This document shows positions 1-9,587 of a DNA stretch of 64,000 bases, piece by piece (the stretch's first letter is position 1; each line of letters opens with the position of its first letter). A program made the translations under genes and the position numbers. Source of the stretch: Candidatus Binatia bacterium (GTDB lineage Bacteria; Desulfobacterota; Binatia; UBA9968; JAJDTQ01); the NCBI GenBank assembly GCA_963666515.2, contig OY762897.2, positions 160,001 to 224,000 of the forward strand, given 5' to 3'. The notes under the pieces are model-generated. The model did not search any database. It saw only the letters and a program-made list of their open reading frames with translations, and was not told the DNA's origin.

Positions 1-1
1 G

Positions 2-346
2 ACTTCCCCCGAGACCCTGGAGGCCGGCGCCATGTCGGGAGCCATGTTCGAGACCCACGTGGTGGCGGATATCCTGAAGAGTTGGTGGCACAGGGGGAGA
101 AGGCCGCAGTTGTACTACTACCGCGACAAGGACGGCCGGGAGGTGGACCTGCTGTTCGTCGCCGATGGGACCCTTTATCCGGTCGAGATCAAGAAGTCGG
201 CTTCGCCCCGGAGATCCTGGTTGCCGGCCTTCGCCGCTCTACGGCGGCTGGACATGCCGGTGGGCGAGGGGGCGGTCGTGTGTCTCTGTGACCAGCCGGT
301 CCCCTTGGACGACCATGTCAATGCTGTCCCGGTCGGGCTGGTGTAA
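2..346 (+). CDS. AAA-family ATP-binding protein, C-terminal DUF4143/PD-(D/E)XK-like part (5' truncated by window edge)
   Basis: Motifs GAMFETHV, YYYRDKDGREVDLL and PVEIK are typical of AAA_14+DUF4143 proteins; frame is open from the window start. Confidence 0.8.
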   Translation, partial: TSPETLEAGAMSGAMFETHVVADILKSWWHRGRRPQLYYYRDKDGREVDLLFVADGTLYPVEIKKSASPRRSWLPAFAALRRLDMPVGEGAVVCLCDQPVPLDDHVNAVPVGLV

Positions 347-427
347 CGGGTTTCGTGTTCGCGTTGTGGGACCGGTGTCCTTCGTGAATGCCGGGTCCGC
401 TAAGGCGGGTACGGACAGACCGCAGGC

Positions 428-456
428 TTGATTTTCGGCGCCTGGAGGTCTAGAGT
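428..456 (+). promoter_or_regulatory. sigma70-type promoter of the NYN gene/leader RNA
   Basis: TTGATT (428-433), 17-bp spacer, TAGAGT (451-456). Confidence 0.55.
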
Positions 457-462
457 GTCGAC

Positions 463-521
463 AATACCCCCTGCGGTTTCGACCGCAGGGCGCGGGGCCT
501 CTTCGGAGGCCCTTGCTTTTT
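463..521 (+). ncRNA. candidate structured leader/small RNA: two UUCG hairpins, the second terminator-like
   Basis: CCCTGCGGT-TTCG-ACCGCAGGG (469-490); GGGCCTC-TTCG-GAGGCCC (495-512) followed by TTGCTTTTT. Confidence 0.45.
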
Positions 522-533
522 CTACGGGCGTTG

Positions 534-1157
534 ATGCGTACCTTCGTCTATGTCGACGGGTTCAATCTGTACTACGGAGCACTCAAGGGCACGTCATGGA
601 AATGGCTGGATCTGCCTGCTCTGTTCGCGAAGGTGCTGCAGCCGCACCACGACATCCTGACGGTCAAATATTACACAGCGCGAGTGTCTGCCACGCCCGC
701 CGACCAGTCGAAACCCCAGCGACAAGACGTCTATCTCCGCGCCCTTCGGCACTATCGACCCGAGGTTGACGTGTATTTCGGGCATTTCCTGAGTCACGCG
801 GTGCGAGCACCCCTCGCTCGTCCGGTGGGGAACCGGCGTGTGGCAGAGGTGATTCGCACCGAGGAGAAGGGCTCGGACGTCAATCTCGCAGTTCATCTGC
901 TCAATGACTGCTGGCTGGACGCGTACGACTGCGCAGTGGTGGTCAGCAACGATAGCGATATCGCGGAAGCGATGCGCTTGGTAAGGCAGTATCACGCCAA
1001 GCGGATTGGTCTGGTGACGCCGGGAAGCAGCAGACCGTCGCGCCAACTGATGGCACATGCGGATTTTTCGAGGCGTGTCCGGCCCAATGCCCTGCGGGAC
1101 TCGCAACTGCCGGACCCGATACCGGGCACCAACATCCGAAAACCCGCAGGCTGGTAG
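534..1157 (+). CDS. NYN domain (PIN-like, LabA/DUF88) ribonuclease
   Basis: YVDGFNLYYG, EEKGSDVNLA and VVSNDSD acidic motifs; ATG at 534. Confidence 0.9.
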   Translation: MRTFVYVDGFNLYYGALKGTSWKWLDLPALFAKVLQPHHDILTVKYYTARVSATPADQSKPQRQDVYLRALRHYRPEVDVYFGHFLSHAVRAPLARPVGNRRVAEVIRTEEKGSDVNLAVHLLNDCWLDAYDCAVVVSNDSDIAEAMRLVRQYHAKRIGLVTPGSSRPSRQLMAHADFSRRVRPNALRDSQLPDPIPGTNIRKPAGW

Positions 1158-1228
1158 CGGGGCGCGACCGCGCCGACATCAGCGGCGTGGCCTTCGTCAA
1201 ACAGATCGGCGTCCGCGATCACGAAGTT

Positions 1229-2695
1229 TCAAACCCGCCTGCCTGATTCAGTAACCGTCGAAGCCGCCTCCAGGTACTCTTCCTCGGCGGCGCGGAGGCG
1301 TTCGGCAATTTCTGGACTGCTCTTGCGGCCGGTCCACTGTTCTCTTGCTTGCGCCACCCTTTCCGCTAACGCCGCGGCTTGGCGGTCCAGCGCGGCCTCG
1401 TCGATGTGCGGGCTTACGCCGTCTTGTAAGACGACCTCGCCGCTCACCAGCACAGTATCGACGCTACGCCCGTTCTCCGAGTAGACAAGGCTCTGCACGA
1501 GGTCCGCGGCCGGCCACATCCGTGTGCCGGGTTTCAGGACGCAGATGTCGGCCAGATGGCCCGGAGCAATCCTGCCGGTTCGCAGCCCCAATGCCTTGGC
1601 GCCGCCGGTGGTGGCCATGGCAAGGCTTTCCGCCGCACTGATCCAGGCGTTGAAGTCCGGCTCGCTCGGGCGCCGCATGAGCGCCGCCATCTTCATCTGA
1701 TCGAACACGGAGTAGCCGTCGCTGGTGTCGCCGCCGTCGGAGCCCAGGGCCACGGTGATGCCGCGGTCCAGCATCTCGCGGATTCGGGCGATGCCGCTCC
1801 CGAGCTTGGCGTTGCTGCACGGGTTGTGAACCACCGCCGGCTGCCTGTCCTTGAGGACATCGAGCTCCCGGTCGGTGAGGTGCACCGCGTGGGCAAGGGA
1901 GGTCCCGGGCCGGAGCAGACCGAGCCGTGACGCCCGCTCCACCGTGGTTTCGCCGGTGACGGTGCGCTGCGTGGCTTCGACCCGAGTTTCCAGGAAATGG
2001 GTGTGCATGAGCAACTCCCTGTCCTCGGCCATGGCCAGACACCGGCTCAGGAAGTCGTCGGTGCAGGTGTGCGGCGAACTGGGCGCGACCACGCCCTGGA
2101 CGTTCGCCGGTCCGCCGGCGATCAAGTCCAGGGCCTGGGTCAGCCGATCCAACTCTTCAAGGGCGGCGGCGGACGCCTCATGATCAGGCACCACGCGCCG
2201 CCAGCCCGCGTCGGCCACCGATGGTGCGATGAAGGTACGGATGCCGATGCGCTCGGCCGCGTCGATGCACGCGCGGATATCCTCCAGGTCGATGGCGCCG
2301 CGCCGCGAGAGGTGGTGCAGCACCGTGGTGGTGCCGTGCTTGAGGTTCTCCAGCAGCGCGATGTGGTTGGCCGCCAGCAAATCGTCGTAGCCCGGTTCCA
2401 GGATGTCCTCGATGCCGCGCCTCTCCGGCAGCCACACCTCGAAGGGCACCCGGTCCCGCAAGCTCCGCTGCAAGGCTTCGGTGTGATGGCAGTGGGTGTT
2501 CACCAGGCCCGGTATCACGACCTTGTCGCGCGCATCGATGATGAGTGCTTCAGCCGAAATCTCCAGGGGCTGGCCCGGCAGGGGCTCGACGCTCTCGATC
2601 AGCTCTCCGCGGATCCGGATCAAACGGTCCCGGAGCACGGGCTCGAAGGCCGCGCCCACCAGCGTTCCCGCCAGGATGACCTTGTCGTCGTTCAT
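1229..2695 (-). CDS. metal-dependent amidohydrolase/deaminase (MTA/SAH deaminase, AtzA/AtzB-like family)
   Basis: PGLVNTHCH, HTHFLET, AHAVH and GSDG motifs. Confidence 0.85.
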   Translation of the reverse strand: MNDDKVILAGTLVGAAFEPVLRDRLIRIRGELIESVEPLPGQPLEISAEALIIDARDKVVIPGLVNTHCHHTEALQRSLRDRVPFEVWLPERRGIEDILEPGYDDLLAANHIALLENLKHGTTTVLHHLSRRGAIDLEDIRACIDAAERIGIRTFIAPSVADAGWRRVVPDHEASAAALEELDRLTQALDLIAGGPANVQGVVAPSSPHTCTDDFLSRCLAMAEDRELLMHTHFLETRVEATQRTVTGETTVERASRLGLLRPGTSLAHAVHLTDRELDVLKDRQPAVVHNPCSNAKLGSGIARIREMLDRGITVALGSDGGDTSDGYSVFDQMKMAALMRRPSEPDFNAWISAAESLAMATTGGAKALGLRTGRIAPGHLADICVLKPGTRMWPAADLVQSLVYSENGRSVDTVLVSGEVVLQDGVSPHIDEAALDRQAAALAERVAQAREQWTGRKSSPEIAERLRAAEEEYLEAASTVTESGRRV

Positions 2696-2771
2696 GGGTT
2701 CTTCTCCGGTGTGGTGGACGGGGACGGTCGCGGCGTCGGCGCGAACCCGCGGCCCCTGATGCCGTGCTCCC

Positions 2772-4082
2772 TCACAGCATGTTCGGCAGCCACAACGCGA
2801 TGCCCGGAAACGCGATCAGCAGGACCAGCACCACCAGGTCGCAGGCCAGGAAGGGCAGGGCGGAGACGTAGACGTCGCGCATGGTGGTGTCGGGCGGCGC
2901 CGCGGCCTTGACGGCAAAGAGGCTCGTGCCGAAGGGCGGGGAGGTCAGCGCCATCTCGGCGTTGAGGAGCATCAGCAGCCCGAACCACACGGGGTCGTAG
3001 CCCAGCGCGATCACCACCGGCAGGAAGATCGGGATGGTGACCATGAAGATGGTCACCACTTCCATGATCATGCCCAGTATGAGCACCACGATCATCATGC
3101 CGATGATGATCAGGATGGGCGCCACGTCGAGGCCGGCGACGAAGCCGCTGATTCCCCGGGTGATGCCGGCGAAGGCCATGATCTGGCTGAAGGTGGCCGA
3201 GGAGGCGAAGATCATCAGGATCATGGTGGAGACCCGTACGGTGCCGCGCAGCGACACCAGCACGAGGTTCCAGTCGAGCTTGCCGTAGACCCCGGCCAGG
3301 ATGAACGCGCCGAGGGCGCCAGTGACCGCGGACTGGGACGGCGTCGCCACCCCGAGGAAGATGAGGCCCAAGGTGAGGAAGACGATCAGCCCCAGGGGCA
3401 CCACGTACACCAGGGTTTCGTACACGCGCCGCGCCAAGGGCGGCCGCTCCACCGCGTACGCGGGAGCGAGGTCCGTCTGGATGGCCGCGCGGGTGACGAT
3501 GTAGATCATGTAGAGGGCGGCGAGCATGAGCCCGGGGACGGCCCCGCCGATGAGGATCTTGGCTACGGATATCTTGGCGATGGCCGCCAGGATGATGGCG
3601 AGCCCGCTGGGCGGGATCATCATGGCGAGTCCGCCGCCGCCGAGGATGGGACCCAGGCTCATGGGTTTCTTGTACCCCTGCTTCTCCATCTCGGGGGTAA
3701 GCACGGTGGCCATGACCGTGGAGCTGGCCAGGGACGAGCCGCTCATGGTGGCGAACAGGGTGGCGAAGGCGATTCCCAGGATCGACAGCCGTCCGGGTAT
3801 GCTGCCGAGCCAGTCGCCCAGCACCCGGAGCATGGTGTTGCCCATGCCGGAGTGGAAGATCACCATGCCCATGAGCGTGAATTCCACGATGGCCAGCAGC
3901 GTGAAGGTGGACAGCGCGGTCTGCATGTTGAGCACCACCAGCTCCATGCCCGGGCCGCCGCCCCAAAGGGTCAGCGCCCCGCCGGCGGTCACCAGCATGA
4001 AGACGAAGGCGATGGGCAGGCCGGTCATCAGCAGCACGACGATGACCGAGAAGAAGGTCAGCAGCAGGAGCGGCCAATCCAT
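2772..4082 (-). CDS. dctM: TRAP transporter large permease
   Basis: Highly hydrophobic; GSSLAS, MIPPS, ATPSQSA, DPVWFG, TSPPFG. Confidence 0.92.
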   Translation of the reverse strand: MDWPLLLLTFFSVIVVLLMTGLPIAFVFMLVTAGGALTLWGGGPGMELVVLNMQTALSTFTLLAIVEFTLMGMVIFHSGMGNTMLRVLGDWLGSIPGRLSILGIAFATLFATMSGSSLASSTVMATVLTPEMEKQGYKKPMSLGPILGGGGLAMMIPPSGLAIILAAIAKISVAKILIGGAVPGLMLAALYMIYIVTRAAIQTDLAPAYAVERPPLARRVYETLVYVVPLGLIVFLTLGLIFLGVATPSQSAVTGALGAFILAGVYGKLDWNLVLVSLRGTVRVSTMILMIFASSATFSQIMAFAGITRGISGFVAGLDVAPILIIIGMMIVVLILGMIMEVVTIFMVTIPIFLPVVIALGYDPVWFGLLMLLNAEMALTSPPFGTSLFAVKAAAPPDTTMRDVYVSALPFLACDLVVLVLLIAFPGIALWLPNML

Positions 4083-4115
4083 GGCGTTAAGGGTTCCAGG
4101 CGGGAGACCGGGCGC

Positions 4116-4646
4116 TCATCTCCGGTCCTCGGATGTTGCCTTGGCGTCTTGCCAGCGCCGGTAGTAGCCGCAGGTCCTACGCATGAACTGGATGCACAGC
4201 GAGGCCGCGCCGACGGGGATGGGGATCAGGAGCGGATACAGTGGCGGCTTGAGGGGACTCTCGTACATCTTCGTGCCGGCCATGTACTCCATGATGGTGG
4301 TGGTGGTGGCGTAGTAGGCCAGCACCCCGGTCACCAGCACCCCGACGGCAGAGGTCATCACCCCCAGGAACGCTTGGCTCCTGGGGCCCAGCACTTCCAC
4401 GACCACCTCCACCTTGACGTGGCCGTCCTCCCGCAACAGCCATGCCGCGCCGAAGAAGGCCAGGTAGAGGAGGCAGTACTCGGCGATCTCGATGGCCCAG
4501 CCCTGAGCCGAGGCAAAGAACTGCCGGCTTGCGATGTCGGAAAGGGTGAGCAGGGAGGCCAGGACCACCGCCACCGCGGAGATCAGCATGGAGACGTCCA
4601 GGAAACGGTCCCAGGCCGCCCCGAGTTTCGTAAGGAATACCTTCAA
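4116..4646 (-). CDS. dctQ: TRAP transporter small permease
   Basis: About 4 TM segments; W..EIAEY and GHVKVE; lies between dctP and dctM. Confidence 0.88.
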   Translation of the reverse strand: MKVFLTKLGAAWDRFLDVSMLISAVAVVLASLLTLSDIASRQFFASAQGWAIEIAEYCLLYLAFFGAAWLLREDGHVKVEVVVEVLGPRSQAFLGVMTSAVGVLVTGVLAYYATTTTIMEYMAGTKMYESPLKPPLYPLLIPIPVGAASLCIQFMRRTCGYYRRWQDAKATSEDRR

Positions 4647-4653
4647 CGCCGGG

Positions 4654-5631
4654 TCACCGGCTCATCATGGGTCGCATCTTGTCAACGAGCTCCTTGCCGA
4701 CGCTCTTCTCGACCCGCGCCCAGGACTTCGTCATGACGTCGTTGAAGAAGCCGTCGTTGACGTCCTTGGGCCAGTCGATGCGCACCATGCCGTTCTTCTT
4801 GGCGACCTGCCAGGCCGCGTCGAACTCCTTTTTCTTGAGGGCGACGAGGCCCTTCTCGGTCTCCGCCGCGGCATCGACCAGGGCTTGCTGCAGGTCGGCG
4901 GGCAGGCTGTTGAACTTCTTGAGGTTGACGCAAAGCACCGTGTTCTGTGCCGTGAAGAAGCCGGGGCCCACCCAGTACTTGAGCACTTCATAGAGCTTCC
5001 CGTCCACCACGGTCGCCATGGGCGCCGGTCTCACGTCGATCAGGCCCCGTTGAAGGGCCGAATAGACTTCCGGACTCGCAACCCGTACCTTGCGCCCGCC
5101 GGCCCGTTCGATGATCGGCTCGTAGATCCCGGAGGTCCGGAATCCCAATCCCTTGAGATCCTCCGGCTTCTCCGCCTTCTTGGTGCTGACGAGCACGTAA
5201 GGCGTGGCCGTCGAGGTCCGTCCCAGGTAGCGGAACCCGTTCTTCGCGAACTCCGCCACGAGAAAGTCGTAGAGTCCGCTCTTCCGCTCCTCCGCCGGGG
5301 TGAGCTGGGAGAGGTGTATCACCTGCGCCGCCTTGACGTGGAGCACGTAGGCCCACGCCACGCTCATGTCGAGCACGCCCTTCTGGACCGCGGCGGGCTG
5401 CTTCCTGCCCGGCGTGATCTCCGGTCCGCCGATCCAGTCGATCTTGAGCTTGCCCTTGGACTTCTCTGCCACCAGCTTGATGAACGTGGGAATGGCAGAC
5501 AGGGTGACCGCCGTCTTGGGGTCATAGGTGGCGAGCTTCAACGTGGTTTCAGCCGCGGCAGGATTCCAGCCAGAGAATGCCAGCACTACGGTCAGGATCA
5601 GGCCCGGTACGAAACCCTTTGCATGCTTCAT
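4654..5631 (-). CDS. dctP: TRAP solute-binding protein
   Basis: Signal peptide, DLKGLGFR, EVYSALQRGLID. Confidence 0.9.
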   Translation of the reverse strand: MKHAKGFVPGLILTVVLAFSGWNPAAAETTLKLATYDPKTAVTLSAIPTFIKLVAEKSKGKLKIDWIGGPEITPGRKQPAAVQKGVLDMSVAWAYVLHVKAAQVIHLSQLTPAEERKSGLYDFLVAEFAKNGFRYLGRTSTATPYVLVSTKKAEKPEDLKGLGFRTSGIYEPIIERAGGRKVRVASPEVYSALQRGLIDVRPAPMATVVDGKLYEVLKYWVGPGFFTAQNTVLCVNLKKFNSLPADLQQALVDAAAETEKGLVALKKKEFDAAWQVAKKNGMVRIDWPKDVNDGFFNDVMTKSWARVEKSVGKELVDKMRPMMSR

Positions 5632-5688
5632 GGCGATACCTCCTCGATACGTCCTTGAAGATTCGTTGGGCGCCCGGAAAACGGCCCG

Positions 5689-5718
5689 ACGTTACTCGCA
5701 ACGCCGAAAGCTTGTCAA
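5689..5718 (-). promoter_or_regulatory. sigma70-type promoter of dctPQM operon 1
   Basis: TTGACA-N18-TAACGT on the minus strand. Confidence 0.5.
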
Positions 5719-5738
5719 GCAGGGTTTCCTGTCGCTGA

Positions 5739-6878
5739 CTACCCGCTGAACTCGAGAACGTCGAGCCCGCACAGCCGGTCCAGCAGGTACAGCCGGCCAT
5801 TGGACCGGTCGAGAAAAATGTCGTTGCTCTGGACGATGGACTCCCCCTGGCCGGGCTCGGGCATGTAGTAACCGATCTCCCGCGGGCTCCAGGGATCGCT
5901 GATGTCCACGGCCCGGAGTCCCCCCGCGAACCAGGTGACGAAGATGGTGTTGCCCTGGACCTGTTCCTGGGGCTGATGGGAGCCGAACCATTCGTCGGGA
6001 TTGAACGGCTCGTCGTTGGGCACCCGGAAGGTGGCGATGGGCACGGGTTGGGTCTCCTCGGTGATGTCGACGATCCACATGAAGGCGTTGGGCGCCGGCG
6101 TCAGCCGGTCCACCACCTCCTCGTCTGTGACCACCAGCAGTCTCCGGCCCTGGATGGTCTGCGGGATCGGCAGCGCGGTGTGGGTGGGGCAGGGGTAGGG
6201 CGGGCTCCAGTCGAGGCCGCCGACCCTTTGCGGGCGGGCCATGTCCGATATGTCGAGGATGACGAAGCCGCCGTGCCAGTAGCTGGTGTACAGCCGGTCG
6301 CCGAGCCGGAGCGGATGGTGGCAGCGGTGCCGGACGCCCTTCCACGTCGGCGTTTCACCGCCCGCGGTCCACTGCCCGGGCATCCACCAGCGCCCCACCT
6401 CCTCGGGCCGGGTGGGGTCCTTCAGGTCCAGGATCATCATGATGTTGCCGACGTAGCCCTCCACCTGGGGCGAGAAGTAGGCGTAGTCGCCGTCGAAGTC
6501 GAAGCGGTGGACGCCGGTGCCCCCGGCCCGGTAGAAGCCGATCTCGCGCGGGCGGGCCTTGTCGGCGACGTCGTAGATCCTGAGCCCGCCCTGAAAGCCG
6601 TTCTTCGCCACGCCGCCGTAGCGTTCGTTGTTGACCAGCATGACGTCGCCGTGGACCCGGACCTTGTGCGAGTGGGTGCCTTCGGGGACCTCGACGTGGG
6701 AGACCACCTTGAGATTGTGCGGGTCGGAAACGTCCACGATGGTCGTGCCGTGGGGCGGTTCGATGTGTCCGACGTAGGCGTAGTCCCCCTGCACCACCAC
6801 CTGGCCCCCGCCCGGGACGTCGATGTGCCCCAGTTGCCTGAAGCCCTTGCTGCTGCCGTAGGGTTCGCGTTGCGTCAT
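5739..6878 (-). CDS. LVIVD-repeat beta-propeller protein
   Basis: Repeated IVDVSDP, IYDVAD, ILDLKDP, ILDISD, IVDITE, AVDISDP blades; no signal peptide. Confidence 0.85.
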   Translation of the reverse strand: MTQREPYGSSKGFRQLGHIDVPGGGQVVVQGDYAYVGHIEPPHGTTIVDVSDPHNLKVVSHVEVPEGTHSHKVRVHGDVMLVNNERYGGVAKNGFQGGLRIYDVADKARPREIGFYRAGGTGVHRFDFDGDYAYFSPQVEGYVGNIMMILDLKDPTRPEEVGRWWMPGQWTAGGETPTWKGVRHRCHHPLRLGDRLYTSYWHGGFVILDISDMARPQRVGGLDWSPPYPCPTHTALPIPQTIQGRRLLVVTDEEVVDRLTPAPNAFMWIVDITEETQPVPIATFRVPNDEPFNPDEWFGSHQPQEQVQGNTIFVTWFAGGLRAVDISDPWSPREIGYYMPEPGQGESIVQSNDIFLDRSNGRLYLLDRLCGLDVLEFSG

Positions 6879-6918
6879 GACGAGCCTCCGTTGGGTGTAT
6901 GCGATGCGTGTAATGACG

Positions 6919-8022
6919 TCAGGCCTTGCGCGCCAGCGCGGCCACCACGCCGCCGCTGGCCGGGCCCTGGTGCTCGGCGCCTGCGGAGACGTAGCACATG
7001 GTGTCGCCGGTGACCGAGGCCACCACCGCGTTGACCGCGCCGCGGATGTGCCGCGTGTAGTTGATGTCCGAGTCCTCGAACACGACGTGCCGCCGCCCGC
7101 GGGTGTTGCCCGACGGATCCGGCTCGCACTTGACGAACATGTTCACCAGCCGCTCCTGGCCGGGCTCCGACAACTCGCCGTTGACCTCCAGGCCCACCTT
7201 GCGGAGCGCTTCCCGCACCGCCGCCGCGTCGATGGCGTCCTTCATCACCGCGTGGTCGATGATGAGGCCGCTGGTGGAGCGCGGCGAGTTGCCGAGGACG
7301 ATGACCTCGCAGTTCATCAGCTCGATGCCGGAAGAAGCCGAGGCCACGTTGGAGAAGACGGCGAGGTCCTGCCCGATGACCGCTTCGCTGACGTTCCCCT
7401 CCGCGATTTCGCCGGTGGCCATGCCGATGCCGAGGGCGGCCACGCTCCGGGCGTAGGACATGGACTTGTAGGTGTCGGTGGTGACGACGCGCGCGTTGCG
7501 CGACCAGGCGTCCTTGATCCGCTCGGTGGTGAGGGCGCCGGTCTTGATCTGGACGAAGTGGATGTCCGAGGGATCGTCGATGCCGGCGTCCTCGATGGCC
7601 GCCTTCACGCCCTCGGCCGCGGACTGCACGTGGGTCATGGTGCCGAACTCCTCGGGCGTCATGTCGCGGGTGTAGGCGGTGCCCACGGTAAAGCCCTTGC
7701 CCTTGCCGCCGCCGTCGCCGTCCGGATCCTTCACGAAGATGGTGGCATGGGGGCTCATCAACCCCTCGGTGCCGCCCGACCAGATGATCGGCACCTTCCG
7801 GGCGATGTCGTCCATGGTGAGGCCCGACTTCTCCGCGATCAGCAACTGGAAGCACTGGGTAGCCAGTGCCCGGGTGTAGTCGTTGACGCCGCCGTTGCCC
7901 TCGGTCTTGCCCAGGATCGCCGCCACGTGCTCGGCCTTGAACGCCCCCGAGTCCAGCAGCCTCCGCCCTTCCGACACGTCGTCGGGTGCGCCCATACCCA
8001 CCTTGTACGCGCTTACGTTCAT
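6919..8022 (-). CDS. atzD: cyclic amide ring-opening amidohydrolase (cyanuric acid amidohydrolase/barbiturase family)
   Basis: GKTEGNGGVNDYTR, SGGTEG, QIKT, SASSG, INYTRHIR, SAGAEHQGP; RBS AAGGAG; ATGA overlap with the upstream gene. Confidence 0.88.
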   Translation of the reverse strand: MNVSAYKVGMGAPDDVSEGRRLLDSGAFKAEHVAAILGKTEGNGGVNDYTRALATQCFQLLIAEKSGLTMDDIARKVPIIWSGGTEGLMSPHATIFVKDPDGDGGGKGKGFTVGTAYTRDMTPEEFGTMTHVQSAAEGVKAAIEDAGIDDPSDIHFVQIKTGALTTERIKDAWSRNARVVTTDTYKSMSYARSVAALGIGMATGEIAEGNVSEAVIGQDLAVFSNVASASSGIELMNCEVIVLGNSPRSTSGLIIDHAVMKDAIDAAAVREALRKVGLEVNGELSEPGQERLVNMFVKCEPDPSGNTRGRRHVVFEDSDINYTRHIRGAVNAVVASVTGDTMCYVSAGAEHQGPASGGVVAALARKA

Positions 8023-9464
8023 GAGGGGACTCCTTGTCGGGTTGTGAGTTCGCCGTCTTCCCGAAGCCGTCGAGCCAATGCGGCGACGGCCTGTTCCATG
8101 CACGCCAGCGGCGCCCGGGTGACCCCGGCGCCGATCTGGCCGATGCCCGCTTCACGGTGGGCGATGCCGGTATTGATGACCGGCGCGATGCCGGTGTCGA
8201 CGCACTTGCGCACGTCGATGCCCGCGGGTGTGCCCTGGAAATCCAGGATCGGCAAGGTCCACGCCGGGTTCCTTCCCAAGGTGATGTGGCCCATCTCGGC
8301 GGTGGCGCCGAGGGCGTCGGCCGCGGCGCCGCCCACGAACCTGACGATGGCCGGGGAAGCGGCCATGGCGAAGCCGCCGATGCCGGCGGTCTCGGTGATG
8401 GCGCTGTCGCCCAGGTCCGGGGCGGCATCCTCCACGTCGTATCCGGCGAAGAAGAGTCCCCGGACCCGCGGCGCCGGGGTGCTGAACCAGGCGTCGCCGG
8501 TGCCGCTGACGCGGATGCCGAACTCCACCCCGTTGCGCGCCATTGCGGTGACCATGCTGCTGCCGGGAACGCCGTGGGCCGCTTCCAGCATGGCCTTGCA
8601 GGCGGCCATGGAGAGGTTGAGGAAGAAGTGGTCGTTGCCGGTGATGAAGCGCACGGTTTCGGCGATGCGGGCCTGCGGAGCGGCGCTCTCCAGCAGGGCC
8701 GGCAGCAGCGCCCGCAGCAGCAGGGAAGAGGCGGCGACGTTGCGGTTGTGGACCTCGTCGCCCATGTGCAGCGCCTGGGCCATGAGGGGCTTGAGCGGCA
8801 GTCCTTCCCGGTGCTCCAGCGCGGCCTTCAGGGTGGGCGCCAGCACGCCCTCCATCCACCGGAGCCGCTCCAGCACCTCGGGCGCATAGGCCCCCATGCG
8901 CAGCACCTTCCCCAGCCCCTCATTGAGGTTGCAGTAGGCGGTGCGGCCGTGCTCGGCATCGCGCACGATCCACACCGGCATGGACGGGCTCGTGACCCCT
9001 GCCATGGGCCCGACGCAGGCGTGATGGTGGTTGGGTTCGAAGATGATCCCGCCGCCGGCCGCCAGCGCCCGGGCGCCGTCCGGGTCGCCGGCCCATCCCT
9101 CCAGCAGGATCGCTCCGGTGACTGCCCCCTGCATGGGCCCGCACATGCGCTCCCACGTCACCGGCGGGCCGGCGTGGAGGATCATGCGCTCGCCCATTCC
9201 GGGGATGTCGTCTCCGGCCGTGCCGATCCCGTCCAGCACCGGCTCGGCGTTCAGATATGCGGCGAACGCGCGGCCGTTGGCCTGCTCCACCGCCGCAAGG
9301 TTCACGATGGACGCGAGCGCCGCGCCGATTTCCCTGTTCCCGCCGGCGGGCGGACGCCAGTCGGTCCGTTGCACCTCGCCGCCAGCGGTGTCGATGGAGT
9401 CCGCAAAGCTCTCGAGGCCTACGTTGACTACCCGCAACTCTTCGCGGAACAAACGCTCAATCAT
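8019..9464 (-). CDS. DUF1116 (YlbE/YahG, AllG-like) protein
   Basis: LHAGPP, GPMAG, NEGLGKVLRMG, LHMGDEVHNRN, DLGDSAITET, INTGIAHREAGIGQIGAG; N-terminal VVNVGL..F...W.PPAGG segment. Confidence 0.88.
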   Translation of the reverse strand: MIERLFREELRVVNVGLESFADSIDTAGGEVQRTDWRPPAGGNREIGAALASIVNLAAVEQANGRAFAAYLNAEPVLDGIGTAGDDIPGMGERMILHAGPPVTWERMCGPMQGAVTGAILLEGWAGDPDGARALAAGGGIIFEPNHHHACVGPMAGVTSPSMPVWIVRDAEHGRTAYCNLNEGLGKVLRMGAYAPEVLERLRWMEGVLAPTLKAALEHREGLPLKPLMAQALHMGDEVHNRNVAASSLLLRALLPALLESAAPQARIAETVRFITGNDHFFLNLSMAACKAMLEAAHGVPGSSMVTAMARNGVEFGIRVSGTGDAWFSTPAPRVRGLFFAGYDVEDAAPDLGDSAITETAGIGGFAMAASPAIVRFVGGAAADALGATAEMGHITLGRNPAWTLPILDFQGTPAGIDVRKCVDTGIAPVINTGIAHREAGIGQIGAGVTRAPLACMEQAVAALARRLREDGELTTRQGVPS

Positions 9465-9511
9465 GGCTTCCCTGTGATTCCCCGCCCCGGCCGATGCACC
9501 CCTCTCCACCT

Positions 9512-9539
9512 CTGGATTCCGGCTTTCGCCAGAATGACG
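9512..9539 (-). repeat. CGTC-tagged REP-like palindrome
   Basis: Minus strand reads CGTCATTCTGGCGAAAGCCGGAATCCAG; same scaffold as the units at 60465-60594. Confidence 0.6.
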
Positions 9540-9587
9540 ATTTCGAGCCGTCGATGTCCTCACCTGATGAATCAGACACGATACTGC

